Source: Eledone cirrhosa (Eukaryota). Taken from it: a stretch of 64,000 nucleotides of DNA. The notes under the pieces are model-generated. The model was not told where the DNA came from. It saw only the letters and a program-made list of their open reading frames with translations, and did not search any database. Made by a program: the position numbers and the translations under genes. Below are positions 32,537 through 45,874 of the stretch, one piece after another (position 1 is the first letter of the stretch; every line of letters begins with the position of its first letter). The stretch lies in assembly GCA_964016885.1 (NCBI GenBank), contig OZ024743.1:279124001-279188000 (forward strand), in the 5' to 3' direction.

Positions 32537-33443
32537 CGTCTGAACAAAACGATATTGTGCAAGTGTATGTAGAGTGACAAAAGTACATAATTGGTTGCGT
32601 ATATATGAGTGAGCGTGTGTGAGTGTGCATATCCATATGCGTATGTATATATGAGTATGTGTATGTGTGTGTGTGTGAATGTGCATGTAGACATATATAC
32701 ACATATAATATAAATATAGGAAAAGTTATAGGTAAAAAACGAGTTATTGAAGGAAAAGAGAAAGAAGAAAATAAAGATGGGAGGGAGGAAAAGAAAGAGG
32801 AGAGAAAGGAAAATTGAAGGGAGAGTTGGAGAAAAGGAAAGATAGAAAGAGAGAGAGAGAGCTTGAGTGACATATAAAGGGAGATAAACGAAGATGCAGA
32901 GAGAGAGGGGAATAGATGGAGAGAGAGATAGAGGGAGATGAGAGAGAGACGGAGAGGGAGAGAGTGGGAGTGGGGTAAAGAGAGAGAGAGGGGGAGGGGG
33001 AGAAACAGAAAATTATGGGAAGGGATATTGAACTTTAAGAGAAATCGGAAGTAGAATAGTAAATGAGTTAAAGAATCAGAAGGTGTAGAGACGGAAGGAA
33101 GGAAGGAAAGAAGGAAAGAAAGGGGAAGGAAGGGTGGGTGGAGTTAGGAAGCTAAAGAGAGATAAACTAAGGCTGAAAGAAAAGGAGAAAGTATTGAAGG
33201 ACTAAATGAAGGACAGGAAGTACTTGGAAGGGTGGGAGAAATGAAGGAAGAGAGCAGATAAGGAAAGGTAGGAAGGAAAGATGTAAGGTAGAAAACAATG
33301 AAGGGAGGTTGGGTGGATGAAATGGATGAAGAAAAGAAGGGTTTATAAAATAAAGAAAGAACTTAGAAAAGTGGGAAAGAAATATATGGAAAGAGTGACT
33401 ATTGGTGGGCTTCCATAGATGTATGGATGGAATGTGGAGAATA

Positions 33444-33451
33444 GGAAGAAG

Positions 33452-33483
<32 letters not shown>

Positions 33484-33607
33484 GGTGAAGATGATGAAGA
33501 AGAACAAGAAGGAGAAGAAGAAGAAAAAGAAGAAGAAGGTGAAGATGATGAAGAAAAAGATGAAGATGATGAAGAAGAAGGAGAAGAAGATGATAATGAA
33601 GAAGAAG

Positions 33608-33640
<33 letters not shown>

Positions 33641-33780
33641 AAGAAGAAGAAGAAGAAGATGATGATGATGATGAAGAAGAAAGAGAAGAAGATGATAATG
33701 AAGAAGAAGAAGAAAAAGAAGAAGAAGAAGAAGAAGAAAAAGAAGAAGAAGAAGAAGAAGAAGAAGTAAAAGAAGAAGAA

Positions 33781-33822
<42 letters not shown>

Positions 33823-34150
33823 GAAGAAGAAGAAGAAGAAGAAGAAGAAGAAGAAGAAGGTGAAGATGATGAAGAAGAAGAAGATGATGAAGAAGAAGAA
33901 GAAGAAGGTGAAGATGATGAAGAAGAAGAAGATGATGAAGAAGAAGAAGAAGAAGGTGAAGATGATGAAGAAGAAGAAGGTGAAGATGATGAAGAAGAAG
34001 AAGGTGAAGATGATGAAGAAGAAGAAGGTGAAGATGATGAAGAAGAAGAAGAAGAAGAAGAAGAAGAAGAAGAAGAAGAAGAGAAGAAGAAGAAGAAGGA
34101 GAAGAAGAAGAAGAAGAAGAAGAAGAAAAAGAAGAAGGAGGAGAAGAAGG

Positions 34151-34184
<34 letters not shown>

Positions 34185-34185
34185 A
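33444..34185. repeat. (GAA)n/(GAT)n compound repeat with 21-bp higher-order units
   Basis: GAAGAAGAAGAAGGTGAAGATGAT-type units repeated at ~33850-34040. Confidence 0.95.
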
Positions 34186-35544
34186 TTGATCACAGAGAAG
34201 GAAATAGATAAAGAGGAAGAGGAGAAAAAAGTAGGAAAGAAAAGTAGGAAAGAAAGAATAATAAAATGAAAGAAAAAAGAAAAGAAAACGAAGAAAATGA
34301 AAACAAATGGGAAGGAAATGTCAAATGAATGATTTAACATGTCTTGTTTGTTAATAAGACATAAAAAATATATATACAAGCTCTCTCAATAAAGCTTAGT
34401 GGGTTCTCCATCGGTTTCGACGATGACAATTGTTTGTTTCACCAAATGTAATATATACCTGTGAAAATACCGTATAAGCTACTGAGAGAGTATTCCAGAG
34501 ATACGCGAGACAAGGTGACAATGATAGGCTATCGAGGTTTATCATTTCTACAGATTATAGATAGTTGCACCGGACAAAATCTCTTTATATAAACAGACTC
34601 ATTAACTGCTTAATAAACACAACCACTAGGATATGGTCCGAACATGGAAAACCGAACTCCCACAGTCCTCGCCTCCATCTCTCTCTCCCTCCCCATCTCT
34701 CCGTATGGTGAGCAAATGGGGTCCCACCTGCTGGTCTCCCCACAGCGCCGGTGGATAGAATGGATAAGGCGTTTCCCCACAGGATGGTAAGAGAGATGCG
34801 CTGGAAGAGCTATTCCAACTTGCGAGGCTCACACCTGCGGCTGGCCAGCTCAGCACCTATGGTGATGAGGAGGAAGGTAGCCCTAGGGCCAAGGACACGA
34901 GAAGTCTCCACTGCCAAGGGCACGACCGCGAACCTGTCGGAGAGTGACCGGTACTTGGAGAGGCTTGTGAGTTAAATAACATCTAGAGAAAAAGAGTAAG
35001 GTGGGGGGGGGGGGGGGGTATGTTGACTTGGAATGTAAGAAAAGTAAAATTGATTATGTTGGGATTTAAACATAGAACACAACTAGAACGAATATAGCAA
35101 AATATTCTATTAGACGCACTGTCGATTCTACTCATAGAGTGCATACAAGTAATGATTATATTTGTCTATACTATATGTGGATGACAAAACTAAACAAGGA
35201 GAAATATGGAATTTGGGTTGGTCGTTCATCACAGGCATGTGATAACACACACAGCTACAGCAACAAACATGATTCAATTTCATTAGCTTCAAAATGCAAT
35301 CACTATTCTAAAATATTATTAATTACGATTAGTAAAATAAGAAACAAAAAAAAAAATCTTCTGTCAATCTGCCTGATAAGGTGGTGAAGAATACATGTAA
35401 TTTTTTGCTTTAAGGCTTTAGCTTTTTCTTATCCCCACGTTCGCCCCCCTTTTTTTAGGGCGAAGACAAGGAGAATTTTATTCTCTTTTTGTTCTTGTGA
35501 GTGATGGCTTGCCATTTCTTATCATCATCCCAATCTGCATCCAA

Positions 35545-35850
35545 GATTGAGATACTGAGCTTATATCATGTAGACAAACATTGGGTGCTTTGAAGATCAA
35601 GAGAGAAATATTTCAGGGAGACAGTCTTTCACATTCACTGTTTGTATTGTGTATGATTCCACTTTCATTAGTATTGTGAAAGTCAAAGGCTGGTTACGGG
35701 TCTATAAGACGTGAGTTTAAGATAAACCGATTGCTTTTCATGGATGACCTAAAACTTTATCTGAAATCCTATGAATATATTGATTCCCTTGTACAGACAG
35801 TCATACATTCAGTATAAAAATGGAATTTGGCATAAAAGGTGTGGGGTGAG
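35545..35850 (+). mobile_element. R4/Dong-like non-LTR RT core fragment
   Basis: IKREIFQGDSLSHSLFVLCMIPLSLVL*KSKAGY...INRLLFMDDLKLY. Confidence 0.85.
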
Positions 35851-35857
35851 ACAGAAA

Positions 35858-36385
35858 TGATAAGATGAAACTGTCCCTGAAAAGTTTGTTGGCGGTAGCG
35901 AACGCGTACATCGCGTCCGTCTTCTACTACTACCATCGTGCCTTGCCTTCGTTCGCACCTCACCAAATTGGAACGCCTGCTATTCAACTTCTTGTGGAAA
36001 GGACAGATTCTATTGAGGAGGCGCTCCATCTGCTGCCAGCACCCACTATACGGAGGGCCGAGCATCCCTTCGTTGATGATTTGTGGTGGGCATGTCCGCC
36101 GATCCTCCTGGAGCGTCTCTGGTCTTCGACGAAATCGTACTGGCCAGTCTATACCGGAGGAATTTCGAGCTGGGTATTTTGGATAACTTCCAAAAGTCCC
36201 TCTCTTGGCAATTGCTACCTGGGGGTACTACTGCCGGTTCGAGATAAACTCTACAGACCCGAAACTGCAGTCAGACGGACCAATCAGAGATGCGTGCAAA
36301 GCGACGAAACCCTCTGTAGGCACTCATTTAGTGTCCATGTATTCCTGACATGTGAGGGTATATCGAACAGCTGCTATCACACTTT
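35858..36385 (+). mobile_element. Tx1/L1-clade ORF2 fragment with internal deletion
   Basis: LERLLFNFLWKG...QHPLYGGPSIP joined to DNFQKS...LPVRDKLYR..RCVQSDET; same family as 46781-47413. Confidence 0.8.
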
Positions 36386-37794
36386 TAATGATCACACAAT
36401 AATTATTGCTGCTGGTAGCTTACATATTGACATAGCATTTTTGTTGAAATAGTGAAGCTATCTGTGTGATAAAACATCTTTTTCTGATAGAATGCTTGAT
36501 AACTATTTAAATATTATAGTAAATATAAATATTTAAATCAAATGTTATAGCGAGTATTTAACTTTATAGGAATAGATTACAGGAGGTTCAACTATTTTGG
36601 CATGATCTTGTAATGGAATTAGTGAAATCGCAGAACAGTTCATTAGATAAATCACATTTTCATCATTTTGTAGAGTTGCCTCAATAATAAATATTTTCAC
36701 TTAAAGAGTTCCTGTTAAACATCACATTTCAATTTAGTAGGTATTTAGTTATCTCCCTTTACAAGTCTTCATTGCATAGTTGATTCCAAGATTTGTTTAA
36801 GCTACTTGTTATCTTTCCTAAGCTTTTCGTGTAATGAGTCACATCTTTTTATCTCTATTCTCACATTCTAATCCTTCTTTCTACTTTATTCTCGACATCA
36901 ATCCTATTTAAACCGACGACACATGCTACATACGGTATTAACATTACCTGACTTTTCACTTATTTCATAAGCAAGTAAGGGAAACTTTGCCTGCTCACTC
37001 ATTTTACTAGAAACAACAACGGAATCTCCAAATTTTCCCCCAATAACAAACTAACATCTTATATAAAGAAAATACTGGTAACTGCTATCCATTACACGCA
37101 AATCGAGTGGAACTTTTATTTATCGATCACGAAAGTATGAAAGGCAAATACATTTGACTTCGGTTGTATTTAAACTTAGTGTGAAGAGATTAGAAACAAT
37201 TACCAAGGCATTTAATGCGACCTTCTGATTACAATTCGCCACCTATATTATTTTCAGCTTCCACGTATGTTATACTACACCATTGTGTAAACATAACTGT
37301 ATTTGAGTTTCACGTCGATAACATGCTTAAACATTAGGGATAGTTGTTATCTACATTAATTTCATGTCTGATTTATTTCCTAGTCTGTAAATTAGCAAAG
37401 GGATATCCGTCTCTGGCTTTCTGTGCTATGAGTTTAAACCACAACGAGATCAACTTGACCTTTTCATCCCCTCGTGTCTACAATTTCAATACTGAAATAG
37501 AGTTTCTCTTTTTCTCTCCCGCCTCACTCTATCGCTATTGTTACACCTGGCTCGTGACGAGCTCTACCATGTTTAAATACACAAAGAAAGCCGCATTTCG
37601 CGATCGTGCACCAACGACTCCATCAAGGGTTAAGGGGCCAATGATAAAGATTATTTATTTTCTAACATTTAACGGTGATAAGTGTTAAAAATTACCTTCT
37701 CCAACTTCAGTCCTTATTTCAAATACACCTTGCCATCTTAAAAATATGCTGTCCACTGGATAACGTAGTCACCAATATATAAGATTATTATTTT

Positions 37795-37972
37795 GGCAGT
37801 ATCGGTAGAGGGTCGGACGCCATGCCTTTCAGCATAGTTACGTCCCTTTACGATCTGAGTTCAAATCCCGCCGAGGTTGACTTTGCGTTTCATCCTTACG
37901 GGGTCGATAAAATAAAGTACCAGTAATGCACTTGGTAATTGCTGGCCTTGTGCCTAAAGTAGAAACAATTAT
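37795..37972 (+). mobile_element. Near-complete tRNA-type SINE
   Basis: B-box-like GAGTTCAAATCCC, conserved body, (ATT)-like tail; many related copies in the window. Confidence 0.85.
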
Positions 37973-40453
37973 TTAATGTTATATATTTTTACATGTGGAC
38001 TCGGTGAATTTGTTTATGCATTTCAATTTTTAGTGTGTGTTTTCATATAGCCTGTATAAATATGTTGAAAATTATTGATGTATCAATATAATATCCATGA
38101 AGAGATTTTTAGAACATACTGAAACGCTTCGCATGCTATTAGGTCAGCATCGCAAATAAATGAATTACGATTTAGCATAAATTTTATTTCAAAAATCTGT
38201 AACCTATAATTTGGTGTAGTATCTAACATAGTAAACACTTTAAACAACACTACAGGTAATATTGTCAACATAATTTCTTTCACATCAGATATATTTGCAT
38301 TAATAATCTTAAGAATTTTATCTCAGTTTTCACCAAAAGAAATCGTAAATAACCCAATTCCGCCAAACATTCAAGACAGTATTAACTTATGCCATGTCAA
38401 TGGCAAATACCTCGATAAGTAGTTTGTGCTTTGTGCCAGTTAAGTTGAATGAAAACAATGAATAACTTTATTTACGTCCAGCGGAACATTCCATTAAATA
38501 AAGGTTTACACAGCACAGATATTCATTAAGCATTCAGTGAAAGAAAACACTAAATCTATTGCAGCATGTTCCCAAACTAAAAGATAAATATGCTATGAAA
38601 TTACATATATTGATATTTGCTAAACCATAATTAGATAGTTTAAGGTTTTAAAACTTTAACAAGCCAAATATATTTTTTGTTTTCTTTTAAATAAATACTC
38701 CTTTGGTAATGTCATCAAAATAAGTACCTCGTAAGGATTTTTAACTTGAACGCAAGCGAGATACATTTTTCTTTAAAGGTGTATTTGCCACTCAAAACAA
38801 TCCCGAATCAGCATGATTCTTGATTAACGCTATGTGGCCGCAAACATTTATGGCATATCAGATATATAATTTATTTATTTTCATTTGTTTTTTCACATGA
38901 AGCTGATTGTAACAACTTCACTGCTTTGCAATTTTTCCATGTAATATATCGCACATATAATATTTTTGGCAATACAAAAAAAAATCATTATAATGGTTTT
39001 ACAGACTGAGCGAAAGCTTTGAGATACCTGTCCTGGCACTTGCTTTTTCTGAGCTAAATTTGCTTTACATATTTCTTCTAACAGTAAAATAAAGAGAAGG
39101 ATGTAACCAACCTTCGCATCCGTACATATTGCGCACCAGTCGTATCCATCGAATATATTCCTGTGTTTATCACATACCTAATTATCATCTGGACATGTTA
39201 TATCTATGATACAAGATAGTTTGCGTTCGTTGCAATTATCATATCAGATTTCCTGTGATCCATCTCATTGTCACACTATATCCCAAATCACACAGGATCT
39301 TTGCAATAACATTTTCAATAATGTCCTTGGGTTTATATTCGTACCTGATTTTTGCTCTATCAAGTCCTCTCTTGCTGCAAACTGCCTAGTTCTCTATTTT
39401 GACTACAATGCCGTGACGCCTCTTATATTCTTTCTGAGCTAGTCGTGCATGTCTATTGGTAATATGCCATACAGTTTCTCAACTATCACCACAAATTCTA
39501 CATTTATCACTTTCTAGCGTGTGGTTATTTGTGTTGGTACGAGTATATGTCAAATTTCAAATTTTCGCAATTCTTGTTAAGGCAACTAGTTAAATATATA
39601 CGAACCCACAACACAAACACACACACACACACAGACACACTTATATGTATATAATATATATACATATACCGGCACACATACACACACACACATATATATA
39701 TATTATATATATACATATACATGTACAAAGGCACACGCACACTCACACGCACACATATATATATACACATATATATATGTATATATATGCCCATACACCT
39801 ATCATCAGCTATATCTATTACACAACATTGCTTCTGTACGACGCCCGTTCTTTGATGTATGCCGCTTTGCCGCTTTTATATACTCGTGGTTCTTGTTTTC
39901 CGTTTATTCGTTAGCAATATCATTTTACTTTTATTCTTTTATTTTTGTGTTTCATGCTTCTGCTTTTTATTAGTATTCATATTGTTTATCTTGTTGGTTT
40001 AACTGCAATATCAGATAGCACCCGTCAACTTATCTCTTACATTCCTATTCCTATCACCCTTTTCATTTTAACAGACATCTCCACTTCTGTTCGGAAATCT
40101 GTGAAACTAAATAATCCTGGGTTGACATTTCAACAGGGAATTGTGTGCGTGCGGGTATGCGACTATATTTTAAGTGTGTGTGGCTATACTGTGCGTACAT
40201 GTGTGTGAGTGTTCGCGTGAGAGAGAGAGAGAGAAGCTTATGACTTCATGTGTCTGCGAGATTGATAGAGGGTGATGATAAATTGTCTGTTTACACACAT
40301 ACACACACACACACACACACACGCACATACACGCACACACACACACACACGCACATACACGCGCACACACACACACGCACACACACAACTCCCCCCCCCA
40401 CACAAATATATATATATATATATAAATATTGTTTTAGAGTAGTGACAGTCTCA

Positions 40454-40496
40454 CTTTGATAAGTATCAAAAATTATGAAACAGAGCTCTGTCAGCT
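40454..40496 (+). ncRNA. Hammerhead U3-A8 variant, copy 1 (stems I and II damaged)
   Basis: CT-TTGATAA-GTAT(CAAAAA)TTAT-GAAA-CAGAGCTCTG-TC-AGCT. Confidence 0.6.
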
Positions 40497-40771
40497 TTAT
40501 CTCCCCTGTTTGCTGAACATTTAAAGTAAGTGAGACTGTCACTACTCTAAAACAATAGCGTAAGGTCTTCGAAATGCTTTTAATTAAGCATACAGTGTAT
40601 AGCAAAATACATTATATATACATTCATATGTATATCGTTATTTCAGAACACCAATTTTAATTTTCAATTTCTGCTTGACCGGCAACCGCTCTGTATAATC
40701 AGTTCCTGATTATTACTAGAATTCTATAAGAATCAAACATTCATGATTTTCAGCAAACAGGTGGAGTAGTT

Positions 40772-40816
40772 AGCTTTGATAAGTACCAAACAGTACGAAA
40801 CAGAGCTCTGTCAGCT
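40772..40816 (+). ncRNA. Hammerhead U3-A8 variant, copy 2 (intact)
   Basis: AGCT-TTGATAA-GTAC(CAAACA)GTAC-GAAA-CAGAGCTCTG-TC-AGCT; 12-nt palindromic stem III; GUC site. Confidence 0.85.
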
Positions 40817-41096
40817 TTATCTCCCCTGTTTGCTTAAAATTTAAACTAAGTGAGACTGTCCCTACTCTAAAACAATAGCGTAAGGTCTTCGAAATGATTT
40901 TAATTAAGCATACAGTGTATTGCAAAATACACTATATTTACATTCATATATATATCGCTATTTCAGAACACCAATTTTAATTTTCAATTTCTGCTTGACC
41001 GGCAACCGCTCTCTGTATAATCAGTTCCTGATTATTACTAGCATTCTATAAGAATCAAACATTCATGATTTCAGCAAATAGGTGGAGTAGTTAGTT

Positions 41097-41141
41097 AGCT
41101 TTGATAAGTACCAAAAAGTACGAAACAGAGGTCTGTAAGCT
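41097..41141 (+). ncRNA. Hammerhead U3-A8 variant, copy 3
   Basis: AGCT-TTGATAA-GTAC(CAAAAA)GTAC-GAAA-CAGAGGTCTG-TA-AGCT. Confidence 0.8.
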
Positions 41142-41266
41142 TTATCTCCCCTGTTTGCTGAAAATTTAAAGTAAGTGAGACTATCACTACTCTAAAACAA
41201 TAACGTAAGGTCTTCGAAATGCTTTTAGTTAAGCATACAGTGTATTGCAAAATACACTATATATAC

Positions 41267-41310
<44 letters not shown>

Positions 41311-42124
41311 ATAGAGAAATTTATGTTAGCAAAAAGCCAACAATAATTCAGACATATAAGTGACTATAACATCAAGGTGAAACATTTTTAACGTAAGGTG
41401 TGGGATAAGTAATACAATCTCAATTCAAAACAAGTCACGCAGAAAAACTTTATCCTCAGACTTTGTGTAAGTTGGGGAAGAAAGCAATACAATCTTAACT
41501 CAAGATAAAATCAAGAAAAAATACTTAACCGTCAATTTGTGGAAAACTACAAATGCACTATATAGTCTTAAAAGACTATTTCACGAAGCTTTTCAGTGGG
41601 GTTAGTCACGTTTGGCGTAGATCTTCAGTAGTGCTCAATACATTGACTGCATAGGTGTGAGCTGTCACACACACACCATATACAGGCACTCCCATATATA
41701 AATATATATATATATATATAAATAGAGGCTTAGTAAAATTGAATCTTTGGCTGTGGACAAGCAAATTCGACCTACAATATGAATGAGTTAGCAAAGCACT
41801 CCTTAGAGTAATAACATACGTTTAAATAGCTTGACAAATTGAACATTGTGGTACGCAAAATCTAACACACAATACCAAAGTAACGAAAAAACTAACAGGT
41901 TGAAAAAATACACCTGGACAAATCAAACGTTATACGGTATTTTTTTGAAGCAGGTATTTTTAATACAGGTATTTTTTTAAAGCAAAGCATTGGCCCCCCC
42001 AAAATACTAGTGGGCCCTGCAATGCTACTGTGGGCCCTGCAATGTTACCCCGTGGGCATTCTGGAGTCCACTGGCCATTGGGCAACCTGGCAACGTGGCC
42101 AGTCCGCCACTCTGTGTGTGTGTG

Positions 42125-42193
<69 letters not shown>

Positions 42194-42358
42194 GTTTTAG
42201 GACTGGTGCTCTGAAATAGCGATGTTTACATAAATGTATGATTAGTACATTTGACAATAAACCGTATGTCTAATTAAAAACATTTAGAAGACCATACACT
42301 ATCAATTTTAAAGTAGTGACTATATCACTTACTTCTTTTCGGTGAAATAAGGGAGAGT

Positions 42359-42400
42359 AGCTGACAATCTGTTTCACACTGGTTGGCGTTCATGAGGGCC
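42359..42400 (-). ncRNA. Degenerate hammerhead (core CTCATGA)
   Basis: Minus strand reads GGCC-CTCATGA-ACGC(CAACCA)GTGT-GAAA-CAGATTG-TC-AGCT. Confidence 0.55.
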
Positions 42401-42750
42401 ACACACTCCCCTGTTTCCGCCGAAAATTATAGAAGCTCGATTCTTATAGAATTCCAGTAATAATCAGGAGCTGATTACACAGAGCGGTTGCCGGCAAACA
42501 TTAGGTATTAGTATTGGGGCTTCGAAATACCGATGTATACATGAATGTATGTATATATTTGGCAATATACCGTATGTTTTGCCAAATATACTATACACAC
42601 ATTCATGTATACATCGGTATTTCAGGGCCCCAATCCTAATACCTAATTTTTGAGGACCGGCAATCGCTCTGTATAACCAGCTCCTGATTATTACTGGAAT
42701 TCTATAAGAATCTAGCTTCTATAATTTCCGGCGGAAGCAGGGGATTTCGT

Positions 42751-42792
42751 GGCTCTGATGAACGCCAACCAGCGTGAAACAGACTGTCAGCT
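42751..42792 (+). ncRNA. Minimal type-I hammerhead, canonical core
   Basis: GGCT-CTGATGA-ACGC(CAACCA)GCGT-GAAA-CAGACTG-TC-AGCT. Confidence 0.85.
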
Positions 42793-42937
42793 TCTCTCCC
42801 TTCTTTCGTCGAAAAGAAGTAAGTGACATAATCACTACTTTAAAACCGATAGCGTATGGTCTTCTAAATGTTTTTAATTAAACATACGGTATATTGCCAA
42901 ATAAAGTATACATATATTCATCCACACACACACACAT

Positions 42938-42993
<56 letters not shown>

Positions 42994-43439
42994 ATCGTTG
43001 TTATTCAAATTCCATCTTGGAAATCTATAATTGTTTCTGCATAATCACCCAACTGATCAATTCAACATTCAATAATTTAAATGGCAACCAACCATAAATT
43101 CCCATTTTGCCAGGAAACTAAAAGATATAAACATTGAGTTACTTAAAACATCAAGAAGGCTAGTTTTCGAAATGTGAGGAATATTGAGCAAGTGATTTGT
43201 GTAACCAGAGTATTAATATAAGCATTAATGGTAAAGTTATATATAGGTGAAGGAGGCATAGAAAATGGGGTGTGTAGAATTGAAATAACATAAAATTGAA
43301 AGTACATATTTAGAACGATAATATGTAATATACACGTAAACATGAACATTCTAGTATACTGCTTACATTCAACGAAAAAATATTTTACTCACACAGAATT
43401 AAAATCTGCATGAATAAACATTTTCTATTGCAAGTAAAG

Positions 43440-43860
43440 CTTTCTTGCTTTCCATCAGCATAAAGAAAACACAGGTCATTAACTAACCATTCGCTATGCC
43501 CAAACAAATTCACGGTGTCAAACTGAAACCACGAGTTCACCAGTTCCTAAACTTCCCTATAAAGGTCGATGGGAAGAATCTCAAGTATGTGAAATCGTTC
43601 ACACATATTGGCAGTATAGTGAACGCAGTAGCATTTCTCGGTGTGGAGAGAGTTAATCGTATAGGAAAAGCGACAAGTCCATTAAGCAACCTCCGCAATT
43701 GGAATGAAAGGGGCGTAAACTGGACAGAAGGATAAAGTTTTATAAAGATGTTGTCCTTACCACATTCTTATATGGGTAAATGTCTTGGACGCCATATAGG
43801 TCACACATAAACCAACTACACGTCTTTCATAAAGGTTGCCTTCACTAGGTCCAAAATATA
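43440..43860 (+). mobile_element. RTE/BovB-like RT C-terminal fragment
   Basis: SISIKKTQV; IKVDGKNLKYVKSFTHIGS..NRIGKA; VVLTTFLYG..SWTPYRSHINQLHVFHKGCL. Confidence 0.75.
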
Positions 43861-43863
43861 AAG

Positions 43864-44491
43864 GCAGTGAGACCATAATGGTTTCTTATATAGGCACAAG
43901 GCCGGCAATTTTGAGGGAAGGGAAAGTCGATTAAATCGACCTCAGTACGTTACTGGTTTATATTTTATCGCCCCCCCCCCCGCCCGTAAGGATGAAAGGC
44001 AAAGTTAACCTCGGGGAGATTTGAAATGAGATCATAAAGGGCCATAACTCTATGCTGCAAAGCATGGTGTCCGACTCTCTACCGATACTACCAATCCACC
44101 GCCCTGCAGTGAGGCCATAATAATTACTTTTGACACGAGGGCAGCAATTACTCCAGTGTATTACTGGTACTTTATTTTATCGACCTCGTAAGGATGAAAG
44201 GCAAAATTAACCCGGCTGGATTTGAACTCAGAATGGAAAGGACTGTAACTCTATGCGTCAAAGCATGGCGTCCGCAGTGTGACCATAATAATAGTTACTT
44301 ATATAGGCACAAGGCCAGTAATTTTGGGGGAGGGGAAAGTCGATTAAATCGACCCAGTGCGTCACTGGTACTTTATTTTATCGACTCCATAAGGATGAAA
44401 GGCAAAGTTAACCTCGGCGGGATTTGAGCTCAGATCATAAAGAGCCGTAACTCTATGCGTCAAAGCATGGCGTCCGCAGTGAGAACATAAT
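43864..44491 (-). mobile_element. Three SINE copies in tandem, punctuated by a 16-bp motif
   Basis: GCAGTGAGACCATAAT-like motif at 43864, 44106, 44274 and 44476; each interval holds AGGATGAAAGGCAAA...ATTTGA. Confidence 0.88.
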
Positions 44492-44632
44492 CACGACTAA
44501 GTTGTTTATATCCTCGAAATCGAAGGGAGAATCCATATTATCTATGTTTGTATGTATATATATAAATATTTCAAACATATGTGGTTTTTCAACCCTTGTA
44601 ATTTTAGACACACGGTTTACTGTGTTTCTTAC

Positions 44633-44681
<49 letters not shown>

Positions 44682-44818
44682 TATATATATATTTTCAATT
44701 TGCAAAGCCCTTTAAACTGTATGTTATTACTCTGAGGACTATACCTTGTCGAGTGCTTGGTTGCACTGGTGAAGGCACTCGTTGGCTTAGCTGCCACTCG
44801 AACTTCGAATTTGCTGTA

Positions 44819-44899
<81 letters not shown>

Positions 44900-44948
44900 T
44901 TAAGCCAAATATGTCAAATTTGGCTTCGTTTATTATAAATTAAAAATT

Positions 44949-45003
44949 ACTGCTATATATATTTCGGTGACAGCCATCATTGGCTGTGACCTCATCAGGC
45001 AGT
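44949..45003 (-). ncRNA. Minimal type-I hammerhead
   Basis: Minus strand reads ACTGC-CTGATGA-GGTCACAGCCA(ATGA)TGGCTGTCACC-GAAA-TATATA-TA-GCAGT. Confidence 0.88.
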
Positions 45004-45100
45004 CCGAATTGGTATGGAAAAGACAGGTACACATGTTGTTGAAGTGTATTTTACTCCGTCAATACATACATGCGTACCTGTCTTTTCCACACCAATTCGG

Positions 45101-45155
45101 AATGCCTGAAGAGGTCACAGCCAATGATGGCTGTCACCGAAATATATATCGTCGT
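45101..45155 (+). ncRNA. Hammerhead with decayed stem I
   Basis: AATGC-CTGAAGA-GGTCACAGCCA(ATGA)TGGCTGTCACC-GAAA-TATATA-TC-GTCGT. Confidence 0.65.
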
Positions 45156-45874
45156 AATTTTTAATTTATAATAAACCAAGCCTAATTTTACATATTTGAC
45201 TTAATTATTTTACATTACTTCGCAGTAAACAAACCAACCTTCGTACTTCGTCGAGTGCTCCAATCTGCATACTTGGGTGTCGGTAAACAACCAACATATA
45301 CTCAATATATAATATATACAGTATATATATTGTTCAAGGAGACAACAAACAGAGGTATAAAAATGTTATTACTTTTACGCTTTATATTGGAAAGAGGAAA
45401 GAAAGTTCGACGTGTCTGGCCCTTCTTCAAGAGTACAAAATAGAAACAGGATTACAATGGAGAAACAGAAAAAGGTCCAATAAACAAAACGAAAATGAAG
45501 CGGGAAAACAAGAGAACCATAAGGTTGTCTTGGTAACAAGTAAGAACGCAAAGTGGAGTGTGTGTGTAATCGTATCGTTATATATGTGAGTGTAAGTGTA
45601 AGTTTAAATGTGTGTGATGTTAAAGGTAAAATGTGTAAAGTAACAAAGATAGTGATGTATGTGCATATCCATGTGTTAGAGGTAGTGGACATGTATGTGT
45701 GAGTGAATGTAAGTTTCAATGTGTGTACTGTTTATGTACGTTGAAATAATTTTGTGTGCGTGTATAAAGTTTCGCTAGTGTAGCGTATGACCGTTAGAAG
45801 AGTGAATTAGTATGTGTGAGTATATATATAATCAACACCATAAACACAGTGCTAGTATATCTAAGAACTGACTA

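Larger units (their letters stand above)
40426..41270 (+). repeat. ~320-325-bp tandem array (2.5 units) with one HHR per unit and a short 5' inversion; (TA)n on both sides
   Basis: HHR cores at 40456, 40776 and 41101; ~40428-40456 is the reverse complement of ~40528-40556. Confidence 0.92.
42191..42920. repeat. Fold-back element (arms ~330 bp, centre ~42570) related to the 40426-41270 array
   Basis: GACCGGCAATCGCTCTGTATAACCAGCTCCTGATTATTACTGGAATTCTATAAGAATC matches 40677-40734; two divergent HHRs. Confidence 0.9.
44894..45210. repeat. Fold-back element (~140-bp arms) with divergent HHRs, next to (TA)n
   Basis: 44894-45034 pairs with ~45068-45210. Confidence 0.92.

Noticed and set aside
33399-34379. 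Poly-Ser, poly-Glu/Asp or poly-Lys protein
   Set aside because: Trinucleotide repeat; the acidic frame is preceded by an in-frame TAG and there is no splice support
41990-42112. hAT-like terminal sequence GGCCAGTCCGCCACT with subterminal repeats
   Set aside because: No matching opposite TIR or 8-bp TSD found
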